The notes: generated by a model from the letters alone, not told the origin. DNA of 64,000 bases from an uncultured Clostridia bacterium (GCA_944387895.1 CALXGQ010000009.1:16329-80328), one strand, 5' to 3'. Positions 42,684 to 52,826 are shown, counted from the stretch's first letter. Numbers and translations: made by a program.

Positions 42684-42721
42684 GGGATTTTTGAAAAAAT
42701 AAATTTTTTCGTCAAAACCTG

Positions 42722-42750
42722 TTGACTTTCATCCGGCGATGTGCTAATCT
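42722..42750 (+). promoter_or_regulatory. SigA promoter for infC-rpmI-rplT (TTGACT-17-TAATCT, TGn extended)
   Basis: Hexamers were read directly, and gTGcTAATCT gives an extended -10. Confidence 0.55.
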
Positions 42751-42893
42751 ATACAGGAAAAAGAAGTAGAATAGCATGCTCTGTTCTCACCCTGCGTACT
42801 GATACGGCAGCGGTCAACATCGTGATCCGATTTTTTAATCGGCTTATTATGTGATGAAACGAGCAGTTATTTTGCTCGTTTTTATTATTTTTT
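42751..42893 (+). promoter_or_regulatory. infC operon leader with terminator/attenuator hairpin (L20-leader-type candidate)
   Basis: The leader is about 150 nt and ends in a 9-bp hairpin (aaacgagca/tgctcgttt, 42857-42881) plus a long T-run, immediately before the infC RBS. A second hairpin (ccgatt/aatcgg) lies at 42827-42842. Confidence 0.5.
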
Positions 42894-42907
42894 GGAGGTG
42901 TGGAAAC

Positions 42908-43438
42908 ATTAACGCGAAAGATGCAAAAGGATTAAGTATCAACGAGGCGATCCGCGAAAAGGAAATCCGGGTTGTTGATTCCGACGGCAGCCAGCTTGGC
43001 ATCATGGCTCCGGCCGACGCAATGAAAATTGCCGATGAGAAAAATCTCGATCTGGTGATGATTGCGCCCAAAGCCCAACCGCCTGTGTGCAAAATTATCG
43101 ACTTCGGTAAATATTGCTACGAACAGGCTAAAAAAGAAAAGGAAGCCAAAAAGAATCAAAACATCGTTTCCGTCAAGGAAATTCAGCTCACCCTGAAGAT
43201 TGATACCCACGATATCCAGACCAAAGCCTCTCACGCCAATCGTTTTTTACTGGCGGGAGATAAAGTGAAGGTCGTTGTGAAATTCAAAGGTCGTGAAATG
43301 GCTCACACAGAGCTGGGATACGAAATTGCAAAGCGTTTCTGTTCGCTCACCGAAGAAAACTGCGTGATCGAAAAGCCCGCCAAGCTGGAAGGGCGCAATA
43401 TGATCATGGTTTTAGCGCCAAAGAAAGAAAAAAAATAA
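42908..43438 (+). CDS. infC: Translation initiation factor IF-3, ATT start codon
   Basis: GGAGGTG lies 9 nt upstream of the in-frame ATT at 42908. The product [24 protein letters not shown]... matches IF-3 N-termini. The upstream part of the ORF-track translation is hydrophobic leader/terminator sequence. Confidence 0.88.
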   Translation: MNAKDAKGLSINEAIREKEIRVVDSDGSQLGIMAPADAMKIADEKNLDLVMIAPKAQPPVCKIIDFGKYCYEQAKKEKEAKKNQNIVSVKEIQLTLKIDTHDIQTKASHANRFLLAGDKVKVVVKFKGREMAHTELGYEIAKRFCSLTEENCVIEKPAKLEGRNMIMVLAPKKEKK

Positions 43439-43451
43439 GGGAGGCTATAAA

Positions 43452-43649
43452 ATGGCTAAGGTAAAAACCCATAGCGGTGCAAAAAAGCGTTTTAAGATCA
43501 CTAAAGGTGGTAAAATCAAAAGAAGCCACGCTTTCAGATCTCACATTCTGAACAAGAAGACCACCAAACGTAAACGGGGCCTGCGCAAAGAGGCTTATGT
43601 GGATGAAACCAACGTAGCTTCTTTGAAAAAGCTGATTCCCTATAAATAA
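43452..43649 (+). CDS. rpmI: 50S ribosomal protein L35
   Basis: 65 aa, starting [24 protein letters not shown]. Confidence 0.95.
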   Translation: MAKVKTHSGAKKRFKITKGGKIKRSHAFRSHILNKKTTKRKRGLRKEAYVDETNVASLKKLIPYK

Positions 43650-43675
43650 TCTAAAAGTAACGGAGGCTGAAATAA

Positions 43676-44035
43676 ATGGCTAGAATTAAAGGTGCGGTTA
43701 CTACCCGCAAAAGAAGAAAAAAGATTTTAAAGCTTGCCAAGGGCTATTACGGCGCAAAGAGCAAACAGTTCAGAACGGCCAATCAGGCGGTAATGCGCTC
43801 TTTGACAAACGCCTACATCGGAAGAAAGCAGAAGAAAAGAGATTTTCGCGCCCTCTGGATCACCAGAATCTCTGCCGCTTGCCGGATGAACGACATCAAC
43901 TATTCTCAGTTTATGCATGGTCTGAAAATGGCCAAGGTCAATCTGAACAGAAAAATGCTTGCTGAAATCGCCGCTACGGACGCCGAGGCCTTTTCTGTTC
44001 TGGTCAACACCGCCAAAAAGCAACTGGATAAATAA
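43676..44035 (+). CDS. rplT: 50S ribosomal protein L20
   Basis: 119 aa, starting [26 protein letters not shown]. Confidence 0.95.
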   Translation: MARIKGAVTTRKRRKKILKLAKGYYGAKSKQFRTANQAVMRSLTNAYIGRKQKKRDFRALWITRISAACRMNDINYSQFMHGLKMAKVNLNRKMLAEIAATDAEAFSVLVNTAKKQLDK

Positions 44036-44043
44036 GCTTTTCA

Positions 44044-44078
44044 AAACAGAGCAGGATTCCCATCTTGCTCTGTTTTTA
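44044..44078 (+). terminator. Intrinsic terminator after rplT
   Basis: A stem (acagagcagg/cttgctctgt) is followed by a T5 run. Confidence 0.8.
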
Positions 44079-44094
44079 ATTTTTAATAAAGGTA

Positions 44095-44122
44095 TTGATT
44101 TTTCATAAAAATGTATTATAAT
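44095..44122 (+). promoter_or_regulatory. Candidate SigA promoter for the K+ uptake genes (TTGATT-16-TATAAT)
   Basis: Hexamers were read directly, about 60 nt upstream of the TTG start. Confidence 0.5.
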
Positions 44123-44183
44123 ATTTTTTGCATTTAATTTAAATAAGAAGAAACTTGTTGATTTTAAAAGGAGTCTGGGCATT

Positions 44184-45545
44184 TTGAAAGAAAAAGAGTC
44201 TTTTTTTCATAATTTCATATCCCATAATCCGATTATTGCCGTTGTTCTTGGCTTCGCCCTGATCATATTGACCGGTTCTTTTTTGCTGATGCTTCCCCTT
44301 TCCAATCGAAGCGGCGAATGGCTGGACCCTCTTTCCGCCCTGTTTACCGCCACCAGCGCGACCTGCGTTACCGGGCTGACAGTCGGGGATCCCTACACCA
44401 TGTTTACCTCTTTCGGGCAGGCGATCATTCTTCTGATGATCCAGATCGGCGGCCTGGGCTTTATGAGCCTGGCCATGATTCTGATGATCGCGCTGCGCAA
44501 GGCGATTTCCTTCGGGGAAAGGATGCTCCTCTCTTCTTCTCTGGGATTATCCTCCGCCGGCGGAATTTTGGCTCTGGTGCGGCTGATCGTTATCTGCACC
44601 TTTTCCTTTGAAGGGATCGGCACGCTGCTCCTCAGCTTTTATTTTATCCCGGAATACGGCGTTCTTTCCGGCATATGGAAATCGATCTTTCACTCCATTT
44701 CAGCGTTCTGCAACGCCGGATTTGACATTCTCGGCAACGGCGACAGTCTGACCGCTCTTCAGTCCAACGGCTATGTATTATCTATTTTGATGGTGCTCAC
44801 CGTGATCGGCGGCCTGGGCTTTGTTGTCTGGCAGGATCTTTACCGCCAAAAAAGACTGCGCACCCTCTCCCTCTATTCCAAAATGGTGCTGATCACAAGC
44901 GCCTTCCTTCTGCTTTTCGGCACCGTCTTTTATCTGGCTGTGGAATGGAACAACCCGCAGACCATCGGCAACCTTTCCGTTGGCGATAAGATTCTGAACG
45001 CCGCCTTTTCCTCCGTCACCATGCGTACCGTTGGATTTGCCGCCTTCGATATGGCGCATTTCACCGAGGCTTCCAAAGTGATCTCCTCCCTGCTGATGTT
45101 CATCGGCGGCTCCTCCGGCTCTACCGCCGGCGGTATCAAAACGGTGACGTTTGCGATCCTGATGGTCGCAACGATCCAGATCGCCTGCGGACGAAACAAA
45201 ATCCAGATCCGCGGCCGATCAATCGATCAAAACGACGTTCACCGCGCCATGTCGTTGTTTTTTATTGCCGGCGCCCTTGTTTTGTCCTGTACCATCGCCA
45301 TCAGCCTTTTGTGTCCGGAGGCGCCGCTCCTCAACATTCTCTTCACCTGCGTATCGGCGCTCGGAACGGTTGGCTGCTCAGCCTATAACATTGCGGCTAT
45401 GTCCGGGATCTGTCAAATTCTTCTGATTCTTCTGATGTTTTTGGGCAGGCTGGGAATCCTTAGTATTACCCTTGGCATCATGGTGCGGTTAAGCCGCAAT
45501 AAAGATAAGGTTTCTTATCCGAAAGCAAATATTCTGATTGGTTAG
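44184..45545 (+). CDS. TrkH/KtrB family potassium uptake membrane subunit
   Basis: 453-aa polytopic protein with repeated pore-loop glycine motifs (CVTGLTV, IGGLGF, MRTVGF, GGSSGSTAGGIK). The TTG start follows AAAGGAG. Confidence 0.88.
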   Translation: MKEKESFFHNFISHNPIIAVVLGFALIILTGSFLLMLPLSNRSGEWLDPLSALFTATSATCVTGLTVGDPYTMFTSFGQAIILLMIQIGGLGFMSLAMILMIALRKAISFGERMLLSSSLGLSSAGGILALVRLIVICTFSFEGIGTLLLSFYFIPEYGVLSGIWKSIFHSISAFCNAGFDILGNGDSLTALQSNGYVLSILMVLTVIGGLGFVVWQDLYRQKRLRTLSLYSKMVLITSAFLLLFGTVFYLAVEWNNPQTIGNLSVGDKILNAAFSSVTMRTVGFAAFDMAHFTEASKVISSLLMFIGGSSGSTAGGIKTVTFAILMVATIQIACGRNKIQIRGRSIDQNDVHRAMSLFFIAGALVLSCTIAISLLCPEAPLLNILFTCVSALGTVGCSAYNIAAMSGICQILLILLMFLGRLGILSITLGIMVRLSRNKDKVSYPKANILIG

Positions 45546-45552
45546 GAGTATA

Positions 45553-46215
45553 ATGAAAATGAGAAAAAAAACCTTTGCCGTCATTGGGCTGGACCGCTTC
45601 GGTTCCAATCTGGCCATCAATCTTCAACGGATGGGCAACGAGGTGATCGGCATTGATACGGACGAGGAAAAAGTGCGCCGGATTTCAGACAGCATTACCC
45701 ACGCCGCCATCGGCGATCCCACCGATGAAAACGTCCTGCGTACGCTGGGCGTGCGCAACGCCGATGTTGCCGTCGTCGCCCTGACAAACGACATTCAGTC
45801 CGGCGTTCTGGTAACGCTGATGCTCAAAGAGCTTGGCATGAAAAACGTCATCTCGGAATGCACCAGCGAAATCCATGGCAGAATCCTTGCCAAAGTCGGG
45901 GCCGACAAGGTGATTTATCCCGAAAAGGACATGGGCGAACGTCTTGCAAAAAACCTCAACAACAACGATATCATCGATTATATCGAGCTCTCCGATGAGT
46001 TTTCCATTATGGAAATCAATCTCCCGAAAAACTGGGCGGGAAAAAGCCTTTTGGAGCTGAACATCCGCGCCAAATTCAACATTACAGTCATTGCCTGTAA
46101 AAATGCCGACGGATCGGTGAATATCTCGCCCGATCCCGCGTTGCCGCTCAGCGCCGATTGCTCTCTCTTTGTGATCGGACCGGAAAAAATAATCGACCGG
46201 GTATCGAAAGAATGA
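45553..46215 (+). CDS. TrkA/KtrA family potassium uptake regulatory subunit (RCK N and C domains)
   Basis: It has a Rossmann-like VIGLDRFGSNLA and a TrkA-C domain. The ATG at 45553 follows AGGAG. Confidence 0.88.
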   Translation: MKMRKKTFAVIGLDRFGSNLAINLQRMGNEVIGIDTDEEKVRRISDSITHAAIGDPTDENVLRTLGVRNADVAVVALTNDIQSGVLVTLMLKELGMKNVISECTSEIHGRILAKVGADKVIYPEKDMGERLAKNLNNNDIIDYIELSDEFSIMEINLPKNWAGKSLLELNIRAKFNITVIACKNADGSVNISPDPALPLSADCSLFVIGPEKIIDRVSKE

Positions 46216-46973
46216 CCCAGCGGATCACAAGCCTGCAAAACGAATATATCAAATCCCTCTGCCTTTTGCACCATGCGTCGGAACGGCGAAAAACCGGTCT
46301 TTTTCTGATCGAAGGCGCCAAACTCTGTGAAGAAGCGCTGCGCAGCGGATGGCCTGTGGAACAATGCCTGGTAACGGAAAAGGAAGCAAACCATCCTGCT
46401 TTGAATGGCGTGGAAAATAAAATCGTCATTTCCGAACCCATCGCAAAAAAGCTCAGCTCCATGGATACTCCGCCGGGGATCTTTATGGTTCTGCGCCAGC
46501 AGGCCGCCGCCCCTGAAGCAGACCCGGATTTCATTCTGGCATTGGATCATCTGTCCGACCCTTCCAATCTCGGGGCTGTTCTGCGCTCTGCCGAGGCCTT
46601 TGGCGCCGGGCTTGTTTTTATCAGCGACGGATCTGTCGATCTCTATTCCCCGAAAACCCTGAGAGCCGCAATGGGAAGCGCTTTCCGCGTTCCGGTGATG
46701 AAGGGGGATCTTGCGGATTTTCTGCTCCGCAGGAAAAAAAGCGGGTATTCCATATACGGCGCCGGCCTGGATCGGCAATATAAAAATCTGCCGGAGATCT
46801 CCTTTAATGACCCTTCCATCGTTGTGATCGGCAACGAATCCGGCGGGATATCGCCTGAAATCATCCGTTGCTGCGATTCCGGACTTTATATTCCGATGCT
46901 GGGAAATAACGAATCCCTCAACGCCGCGGTCGCCGCTTCAATCATTCTTTGGGAGCAGTCAAAATGGAGATAA
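46212..46973 (+). CDS. TrmH/SpoU family RNA 2'-O-methyltransferase (second paralog in window)
   Basis: The ATGA overlap with the preceding gene gives a start at 46212. Motifs include DPSNLGAVLRSA, VVIGNESGGIS and IPMLGNNESLNAAVAASI. Confidence 0.85.
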   Translation: MTQRITSLQNEYIKSLCLLHHASERRKTGLFLIEGAKLCEEALRSGWPVEQCLVTEKEANHPALNGVENKIVISEPIAKKLSSMDTPPGIFMVLRQQAAAPEADPDFILALDHLSDPSNLGAVLRSAEAFGAGLVFISDGSVDLYSPKTLRAAMGSAFRVPVMKGDLADFLLRRKKSGYSIYGAGLDRQYKNLPEISFNDPSIVVIGNESGGISPEIIRCCDSGLYIPMLGNNESLNAAVAASIILWEQSKWR

Positions 46974-48115
46974 ACCACCATATCCTCTGGTTATGGCTCA
47001 AAGAGCTGTTAGGCTTCAACAATAAAAAACTGCTGCGCCTCGTTTCTTTCTTCGGCTCAGTAGAAGAGATCTACCAAGCCGAGGATTTTTCGAAATGTAC
47101 CTTTCTTACCGCCGCCGAACGCGCAGCGCTGACGCGAAAAAATCTTCGCAACGCCTGGGAGGTTTACGGAGATTGCGCAGAAAACCAGATCGGGATCCTG
47201 ACGCTGGACGATCCTCTTTATCCCGGCCTGCTGGGCGAAATTGCCAACCCGCCCTCTCCCCTCTTTTTTAAAGGGCATCTGCAAAGCTGTCTTGCAGGAC
47301 CGCTGCTTACCGTCGTTGGAACCCGGAGCTGCAACGGCTACGGTGAATTCATGACCCGGGAAATCGTCGCCGCATTATGCTGCTGCGGTTTCGGTATAGT
47401 CTGCGGCACCGCCCGCGGGATCGATTCCTTTGTCTGCGAAAGCGCCCTTCAGGCCAACGCAGGAATCATCGCCGTTCTGCCCTTCGGCATCCTTTCCAAC
47501 CATGGAACCCAAACGCGCAGGTTCCCGGACATTTTGTCGAAAGGCGCTTTGGTCAGCGAGATTTTTCCCCGCAACGGTTCCCATCAATTTTCCTATCACG
47601 AACGCAACCGCATCCTGAGCGGAATTTCCCACGGCACGCTGGTGGTGCAGGCGCCGGAAAGAAGCGGCGCATTGATGACTGCCAACTACGCCATCGAGCA
47701 AAACCGTGACCTTTTCGCCGTTATGAATAACGCCTGTCCTGAAGCTGCCGGCAGCAATCAGCTGATCAAAGACGGCTGTTACCCGGTTACCGACTACGCC
47801 GACATCCTTTCCGTCTATCTGCCGCAGTTTGGAAATCAACTCAAAGAGCCTGCGGCTTCCAAAGAACAGATCTTTTCCCTGCAGGACGAACTGAAAGAAG
47901 AACAGCTCGCCGCCTTCCGGAAAAAGCACGGCAAACATCTGACCGATGCGGAGCGTGCGGTATTTATGCTGCTCTCAACGGAAGAAGCCACAACCGATTA
48001 TCTCATCGAACACGCCGGCCTCCCTCTGGAGGTAGTTCTGCAAAGTCTTACTTCTCTGGAGTTTAAAGGTCTGGCCGTTTCCTGCCCCGGCAGCAAATTC
48101 AAAGTAATCCTATAA
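46964..48115 (+). CDS. dprA: DNA processing protein DprA (Smf)
   Basis: It has the Rossmann-like DprA core (VVGTRSCNGYG ... ARGIDS ... SGALMTANYAIEQNRDLFAV) and a C-terminal winged-helix-like domain. Confidence 0.88.
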   Translation: MEINHHILWLWLKELLGFNNKKLLRLVSFFGSVEEIYQAEDFSKCTFLTAAERAALTRKNLRNAWEVYGDCAENQIGILTLDDPLYPGLLGEIANPPSPLFFKGHLQSCLAGPLLTVVGTRSCNGYGEFMTREIVAALCCCGFGIVCGTARGIDSFVCESALQANAGIIAVLPFGILSNHGTQTRRFPDILSKGALVSEIFPRNGSHQFSYHERNRILSGISHGTLVVQAPERSGALMTANYAIEQNRDLFAVMNNACPEAAGSNQLIKDGCYPVTDYADILSVYLPQFGNQLKEPAASKEQIFSLQDELKEEQLAAFRKKHGKHLTDAERAVFMLLSTEEATTDYLIEHAGLPLEVVLQSLTSLEFKGLAVSCPGSKFKVIL

Positions 48116-48127
48116 GCGAGGTTATCC

Positions 48128-50212
48128 ATGTCGAACTTACTCATCATCGAATCACCCGGAAAGGTGAAAACCATTGAAAAATATCTTGGCAAAAATTTCA
48201 AAGTTATGGCTTCCATGGGTCATATCCGGGATCTTCCCAAAAGCACCTTCGGTATCGACGTCGAACATCACTTTGAACCGAAATACATCTCCATCCGCGG
48301 AAAAAGCGATTTGATCCGTGCCCTGAAAAAAGAAGCGCAAAAGGCAGACATGGTCTACCTTGCCACCGACCCGGACCGGGAGGGCGAAGCCATCTCATGG
48401 CACCTTTCCACCCTTTTGGAGCTCCCGCCGGAAAAATGCAAACGGGTCGTTTTTAACGAAATCACAAAAGCCGCTCTCCAAACAGCCGTCGCTGCTCCAA
48501 CGGTTATCAATATGAATCTGGTCGACGCGCAGCAGGCGCGCCGCGTTTTGGATCGGATCGTTGGATATAAGCTGAGCCCCTTTCTCTGGCGCAAGGTCAA
48601 AAAAGGTCTTTCCGCCGGCCGGGTTCAATCGGTGGCTACGGCCATGATCGTGGATCGTGAAGAGGAAATCCGCGCTTTTGTGCCGCAGGAATACTGGAAC
48701 ATCTCCGCCGTTTTTTCCCAGGAAAACAACGCCGGAAAGATCGAAGCCCGGTTTTTTGGCACATCAGACGGCGGCGCTCTTGAAATCAACAATGAAAAAG
48801 ACGCCGCGCGTATCTATGAGAAGCTGGAGCATGGTAGCTTCCGGATCTCCGACATCAAGCGTGCAGAGAAGAAAAAAAGTCCGGCGCCGCCCTTTATCAC
48901 CTCCACCCTTCAGCAGGAGGCCTCACGCCGGTTCAACTTTCAGGCTAAAAGAACCATGAAAGCGGCTCAGGAGCTCTATGAGGGCGTAAACATCAAAGAG
49001 TTCGGCCCCGTTGGTCTGATCACCTATATGCGTACCGACTCTCTCCGCGTTTCAGACGAAGCCGCTGCTTCGGCAAAAGAACATATCATCCGGGCTTTTG
49101 GGGATAAGTTTTATCCCGCCTCCCGCCGTTATTTCAAAACCAAAAACAGCGCCCAGGACGCCCACGAAGCCATTCGCCCCACCAATCTGGATATCACCCC
49201 GGAGCTGGCCAAGGAAAGCTGCACCTCCGACCAGTACCGGATCTACAAGCTCATATACAACCGGTTTTTGGCCAGCCAGATGGCGGAGGCTGTATATGAT
49301 ACCCTTTCTGTTGAAATCAGCGACGGTAAATATATCTTCAAGTCCAATTGTCAGGTTGTAAAGTTCAAAGGCTTTACAGCCGCATACCAGGAAAGCGAAG
49401 AAAAAGAAAAGAATCATCGCCGTCTTTATAAAGTGGAAAAGGGTGAAAAGCTCTCGATGGAGGAGCTGGTCAAGGAGCAGAATTTCACCCAGCCGCCCTC
49501 CCGCTATACGGAAGCTTCGCTGATCAAGGCGCTGGAGGAAAACGGCATCGGCCGCCCCTCCACCTTTGCCCCCATTATCACCACCATTCTGGCAAGAGAA
49601 TATGTTGAGCGCGAGGGCAAGACCCTCAAGCCGACCGTTTTGGGCGAAGTGACGACAAAATTGATGAAGGAGTATTTCTCCTCCATCGTCGACTACGACT
49701 TTACCGCGCAGCTGGAAGGCGAGCTGGATAAGGTGGAGGAAGGTTCTGTCCAATGGCAGGATCTTGTTGAAAACTTTTACAGCATTTTCATCAAAACCCT
49801 CGACGACGCTGAAAAAAGCCTTACCGAGCGGGTCAAAATCCCGGACGAGGTGACGGATGAGATCTGCCCCAACTGCGGAAAAAATCTGGTGATCAAAAGC
49901 GGCAGATACGGGAAATTTTTGGCCTGTCCGGGTTATCCGGAATGTAAATTTGCTAAAACGATCGTCATCGACACCAAGGTGCCCTGCCCGAAATGCGGCA
50001 AAAAAATTCTCAAAAAACGCTCCAAGACCGGAAAGACCTATTATGGATGCGAGGATAATCCCACCTGCGATTTTATGACCTGGGACGAACCCCTCACGCA
50101 GAAATGCCCCATCTGCGGCGCTCCGCTTTTCAAGCGCTCCGGCCGCGGGCGCGGCACTTACTGCTCCAATCCAAACTGCGGAAAACAGGAGAGCGGCCAT
50201 GAGCAGCAGTAA
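48128..50212 (+). CDS. topA: DNA topoisomerase I
   Basis: 694 aa with a TOPRIM domain (LIIESPGKVKTI, DPDREGE), the active-site region ITYMRTDS, and three to four C-terminal Zn-ribbon CxxC repeats. Confidence 0.96.
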   Translation: MSNLLIIESPGKVKTIEKYLGKNFKVMASMGHIRDLPKSTFGIDVEHHFEPKYISIRGKSDLIRALKKEAQKADMVYLATDPDREGEAISWHLSTLLELPPEKCKRVVFNEITKAALQTAVAAPTVINMNLVDAQQARRVLDRIVGYKLSPFLWRKVKKGLSAGRVQSVATAMIVDREEEIRAFVPQEYWNISAVFSQENNAGKIEARFFGTSDGGALEINNEKDAARIYEKLEHGSFRISDIKRAEKKKSPAPPFITSTLQQEASRRFNFQAKRTMKAAQELYEGVNIKEFGPVGLITYMRTDSLRVSDEAAASAKEHIIRAFGDKFYPASRRYFKTKNSAQDAHEAIRPTNLDITPELAKESCTSDQYRIYKLIYNRFLASQMAEAVYDTLSVEISDGKYIFKSNCQVVKFKGFTAAYQESEEKEKNHRRLYKVEKGEKLSMEELVKEQNFTQPPSRYTEASLIKALEENGIGRPSTFAPIITTILAREYVEREGKTLKPTVLGEVTTKLMKEYFSSIVDYDFTAQLEGELDKVEEGSVQWQDLVENFYSIFIKTLDDAEKSLTERVKIPDEVTDEICPNCGKNLVIKSGRYGKFLACPGYPECKFAKTIVIDTKVPCPKCGKKILKKRSKTGKTYYGCEDNPTCDFMTWDEPLTQKCPICGAPLFKRSGRGRGTYCSNPNCGKQESGHEQQ

Positions 50213-51542
50213 AAGCGCTGTGGTCGTCGGCGCGGGGCTGGCCGGCTGCGAAGCGGCCTATCAGCTTGCCGCACGGGGGATCGAAGTCACCCTTTATGAA
50301 ATGAAGCCCCGCAAATATACCCCTGCCCACAGTAGCCCGGACTTTGCCGAGCTGGTCTGTTCCAATTCTCTGCGCGGCGCCAGTCTTACCAACGCCGTTG
50401 GTCTTCTTAAAGAAGAAATGCGCAGGCTTGGTTCCCTGATCATGGCCGCGGCGGACGCAACCCAGGTTCCGGCCGGCGGCGCCCTGGCCGTGGATCGCGG
50501 AGCCTTTTCCGCCGCCATTACCGAAACCGTCCGCCGGCATCCGATGATCCATATCGTGGAACAGGAGCTGACGGAGCTGACGGATCAGGAACACGTCATC
50601 ATCGCGACCGGGCCGCTGACCGCCGAACCCCTTTCCCATGCCATCGCCGCTTTTTTCGGGGAAGGATATCTTTCCTTTTTTGATGCGGCCGCACCGATCG
50701 TCACCTTTGAAAGCATCGACATGGACAAGGCGTTTTTTGCTTCCCGCTACAACAAAGGAACGCCGGACTATATCAACTGCCCCATGACGCGGGAAGAGTA
50801 TCTGCGCTTTTATCAGGCGCTCCGAACCGCCGAATGTGCAGAACTCCATGATTTTGATCATCAGGTTTTCGAGGGCTGCATGCCCATTGAGGAAATGGCG
50901 CGCCGGGGCGAGGACACCATGCGGTTTGGGCCGCTCAAACCGGTAGGACTGGTCGACAGCCGAACCGGGCAGAAATCCTACGGCGTCGTTCAGCTGAGAA
51001 AGGACAACCGGGCGGGCACTCTCTACAACATCGTTGGATTCCAGACGCACCTGAAATTCTCAGAGCAGAAACGCGTCTTTTCCATGATTCCAGGGCTGGA
51101 AAACGCCGAATTTGTTCGCTATGGCGTGATGCACCGCAATACTTTTCTGAATGCGCCGCAGCTCCTGAACAGCGATTTCAGCGCACGAAGAAAAAAGGGG
51201 CTCTATTTTGCCGGTCAGATGACGGGGGTTGAAGGATATGTGGAATCCGCTTCCTCCGGCCTTACGGCCGGGTTGGCTCTGGCGGCTGATATTCTTGGAG
51301 AACCCTTCCCCGATTTCACCGATAAAACCGCAATTGGCGCTCTCAGCCGGTATATCAGCAATGGCAGCGCCGGAGATTTTCAGCCGATGAACATCAACTT
51401 CGGCATCATTGCCCCTCTCGACGAACGCATCCGAAGTAAGGCGGAGCGGTATACCGCCGTTTCTCTGCGAAGTCTATCCATCATCGACAACATCACAACC
51501 CAATCCAATCTTTTTAAGGAGGAGTACAAATGCGAATTGTAG
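50199..51542 (+). CDS. trmFO: Methylenetetrahydrofolate--tRNA-(uracil-5-)-methyltransferase TrmFO
   Basis: 447 aa with FAD-binding VVGAGLAGCEAA and typical TrmFO/Gid sequence (LVCSNSLR, GQMTGVEGYVES). Confidence 0.93.
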   Translation: MSSSKSAVVVGAGLAGCEAAYQLAARGIEVTLYEMKPRKYTPAHSSPDFAELVCSNSLRGASLTNAVGLLKEEMRRLGSLIMAAADATQVPAGGALAVDRGAFSAAITETVRRHPMIHIVEQELTELTDQEHVIIATGPLTAEPLSHAIAAFFGEGYLSFFDAAAPIVTFESIDMDKAFFASRYNKGTPDYINCPMTREEYLRFYQALRTAECAELHDFDHQVFEGCMPIEEMARRGEDTMRFGPLKPVGLVDSRTGQKSYGVVQLRKDNRAGTLYNIVGFQTHLKFSEQKRVFSMIPGLENAEFVRYGVMHRNTFLNAPQLLNSDFSARRKKGLYFAGQMTGVEGYVESASSGLTAGLALAADILGEPFPDFTDKTAIGALSRYISNGSAGDFQPMNINFGIIAPLDERIRSKAERYTAVSLRSLSIIDNITTQSNLFKEEYKCEL

Positions 51543-52525
51543 TCGACGCGCACGGCGGCGATCATGCGCCGCTTGAAATCATCAAAGGCTGCTGTATGGC
51601 GGCGGAGGAGCAGAAGGATATATCCATTCTTCTGGTTGGTAGAAAAAATGAATTGCAGCAGGTAATCACCGAAAACGGCCTGCCTGCCAAAAGAATCGAA
51701 ATCGTTGACGCTCCGGATATTCTCACAATGGAGGACGAGCCGTCGTCGGTTCTCAAAGAAAAGCAGTACAGCTCCATGGCCGTTGCGTTCCGTCTTCTTA
51801 AAGAAGATAAGGCCGACGCTTTTGTAAGCGCCGGAAACAGCGGCGCTCTGCTGGTTGGCGCTACCCTTCTGATCAAGCGCATCCCCGGCATCAAAAGAGC
51901 GGCGCTGGCTACGATCATCCCTTCCGCGGAAGGGCCCTACGTTATGCTGGATTGCGGCGCAAACGTCGAATGTAAACCGGAATATCTGGATCAATTTGCC
52001 ACCATGGGCAGCATCTACGCCAAAAGCTGCCTGAAAATTGAAAATCCCCGGGTGGCGCTTCTCAACAACGGCACCGAGGAATGCAAGGGCACGGATCTTC
52101 ATCAGAAGGCATTTCAGCTGCTCAAGAAGAATCCCTTCATCCATTTTACCGGCAACATCGAAGGACGTGATGTGCCGCTGGGGGGCTGCGACGTTGTTGT
52201 GGCGGATGGATTCAGCGGAAACATCGCCTTAAAGCTTTCAGAAGGCTGGGGCAAATTCATGTCCCTTTCCCTGCGGGATCTCCTCACTAAGAAAGCCAAA
52301 TCCAAGCTGGCCGCCCTCCTGATTATGGGGCAGATCCGGGAGCTGCGCAAAAAAATGGACTACAAGGAGTACGGCGGCGCGCCTCTGCTGGGCGTAACAA
52401 AGCCTGTTATCAAAGCCCACGGCTCTTCAGACGCAAAGGCGCTGAAAAACGCGATCCGTCAGGCTCATATTTTTGCCGAAAGCAATATGATTCTTGAAAT
52501 TGAGAAATCTCTGGCCAAAGAATAA
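51530..52525 (+). CDS. plsX: Phosphate acyltransferase PlsX
   Basis: 331 aa, starting MRIVVDAHGGDHAP, with GNSGAL and VVADGFSGNI. Confidence 0.93.
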   Translation: MRIVVDAHGGDHAPLEIIKGCCMAAEEQKDISILLVGRKNELQQVITENGLPAKRIEIVDAPDILTMEDEPSSVLKEKQYSSMAVAFRLLKEDKADAFVSAGNSGALLVGATLLIKRIPGIKRAALATIIPSAEGPYVMLDCGANVECKPEYLDQFATMGSIYAKSCLKIENPRVALLNNGTEECKGTDLHQKAFQLLKKNPFIHFTGNIEGRDVPLGGCDVVVADGFSGNIALKLSEGWGKFMSLSLRDLLTKKAKSKLAALLIMGQIRELRKKMDYKEYGGAPLLGVTKPVIKAHGSSDAKALKNAIRQAHIFAESNMILEIEKSLAKE

Positions 52526-52531
52526 ATCTTC

Positions 52532-52560
52532 TTGACATTTTTGCGTAAAATGATTACTAT
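52532..52560 (+). promoter_or_regulatory. SigA promoter for acpP (TTGACA-17-TACTAT)
   Basis: Hexamers were read directly in the plsX-acpP gap. Confidence 0.55.
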
Positions 52561-52601
52561 ATTATCTGTATCACACTTAATTTTGAAAGGGATCTAAGAT
52601 T

Positions 52602-52820
52602 ATGTTTGAAAAAGTTAAAGCAATTATTATGGAGCAGTTAAGCATTTCCGATGAAGATATGATCACGCCTGAAACCACGCTGGAAGACCTCGGCGCCGAT
52701 TCTCTGGATATGGTCGAAGTCATCATGGCTATTGAGGATGAATTTGACGTCCAGATCAAAGACGAAGAACTGGAAAATCTGAAAAACGTCGGCGATCTGA
52801 TCGACTGCATCAGCAAATAA
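52602..52820 (+). CDS. acpP: Acyl carrier protein
   Basis: 72 aa with the phosphopantetheine attachment motif LGADSLD. Confidence 0.95.
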   Translation: MFEKVKAIIMEQLSISDEDMITPETTLEDLGADSLDMVEVIMAIEDEFDVQIKDEELENLKNVGDLIDCISK

Positions 52821-52826
52821 CGGAAA

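Noticed and set aside
41475-42700. Integrative element or genomic island at the tRNA-Asp/tRNA-Thr locus.
   Set aside because: There is no integrase, excisionase or phage/plasmid gene, and I found no direct repeat of the tRNA 3' end. Only a single AT-rich membrane gene is present, reported separately as a compositional islet.
42851-42907. ATG-initiated N-terminal extension of infC (MMKRAVILLVFIIFWRCGN).
   Set aside because: It is encoded by the leader terminator hairpin and T-run and has no RBS. IF-3 homology begins only at the ATT codon, which is preceded by GGAGGTG.
44036-44183. A possible c-di-AMP (ydaO/kimA-type) riboswitch upstream of the K+ uptake genes.
   Set aside because: After the rplT terminator and the promoter, only about 60 nt of very AT-rich leader remains. 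That is too short and unstructured for that riboswitch class.
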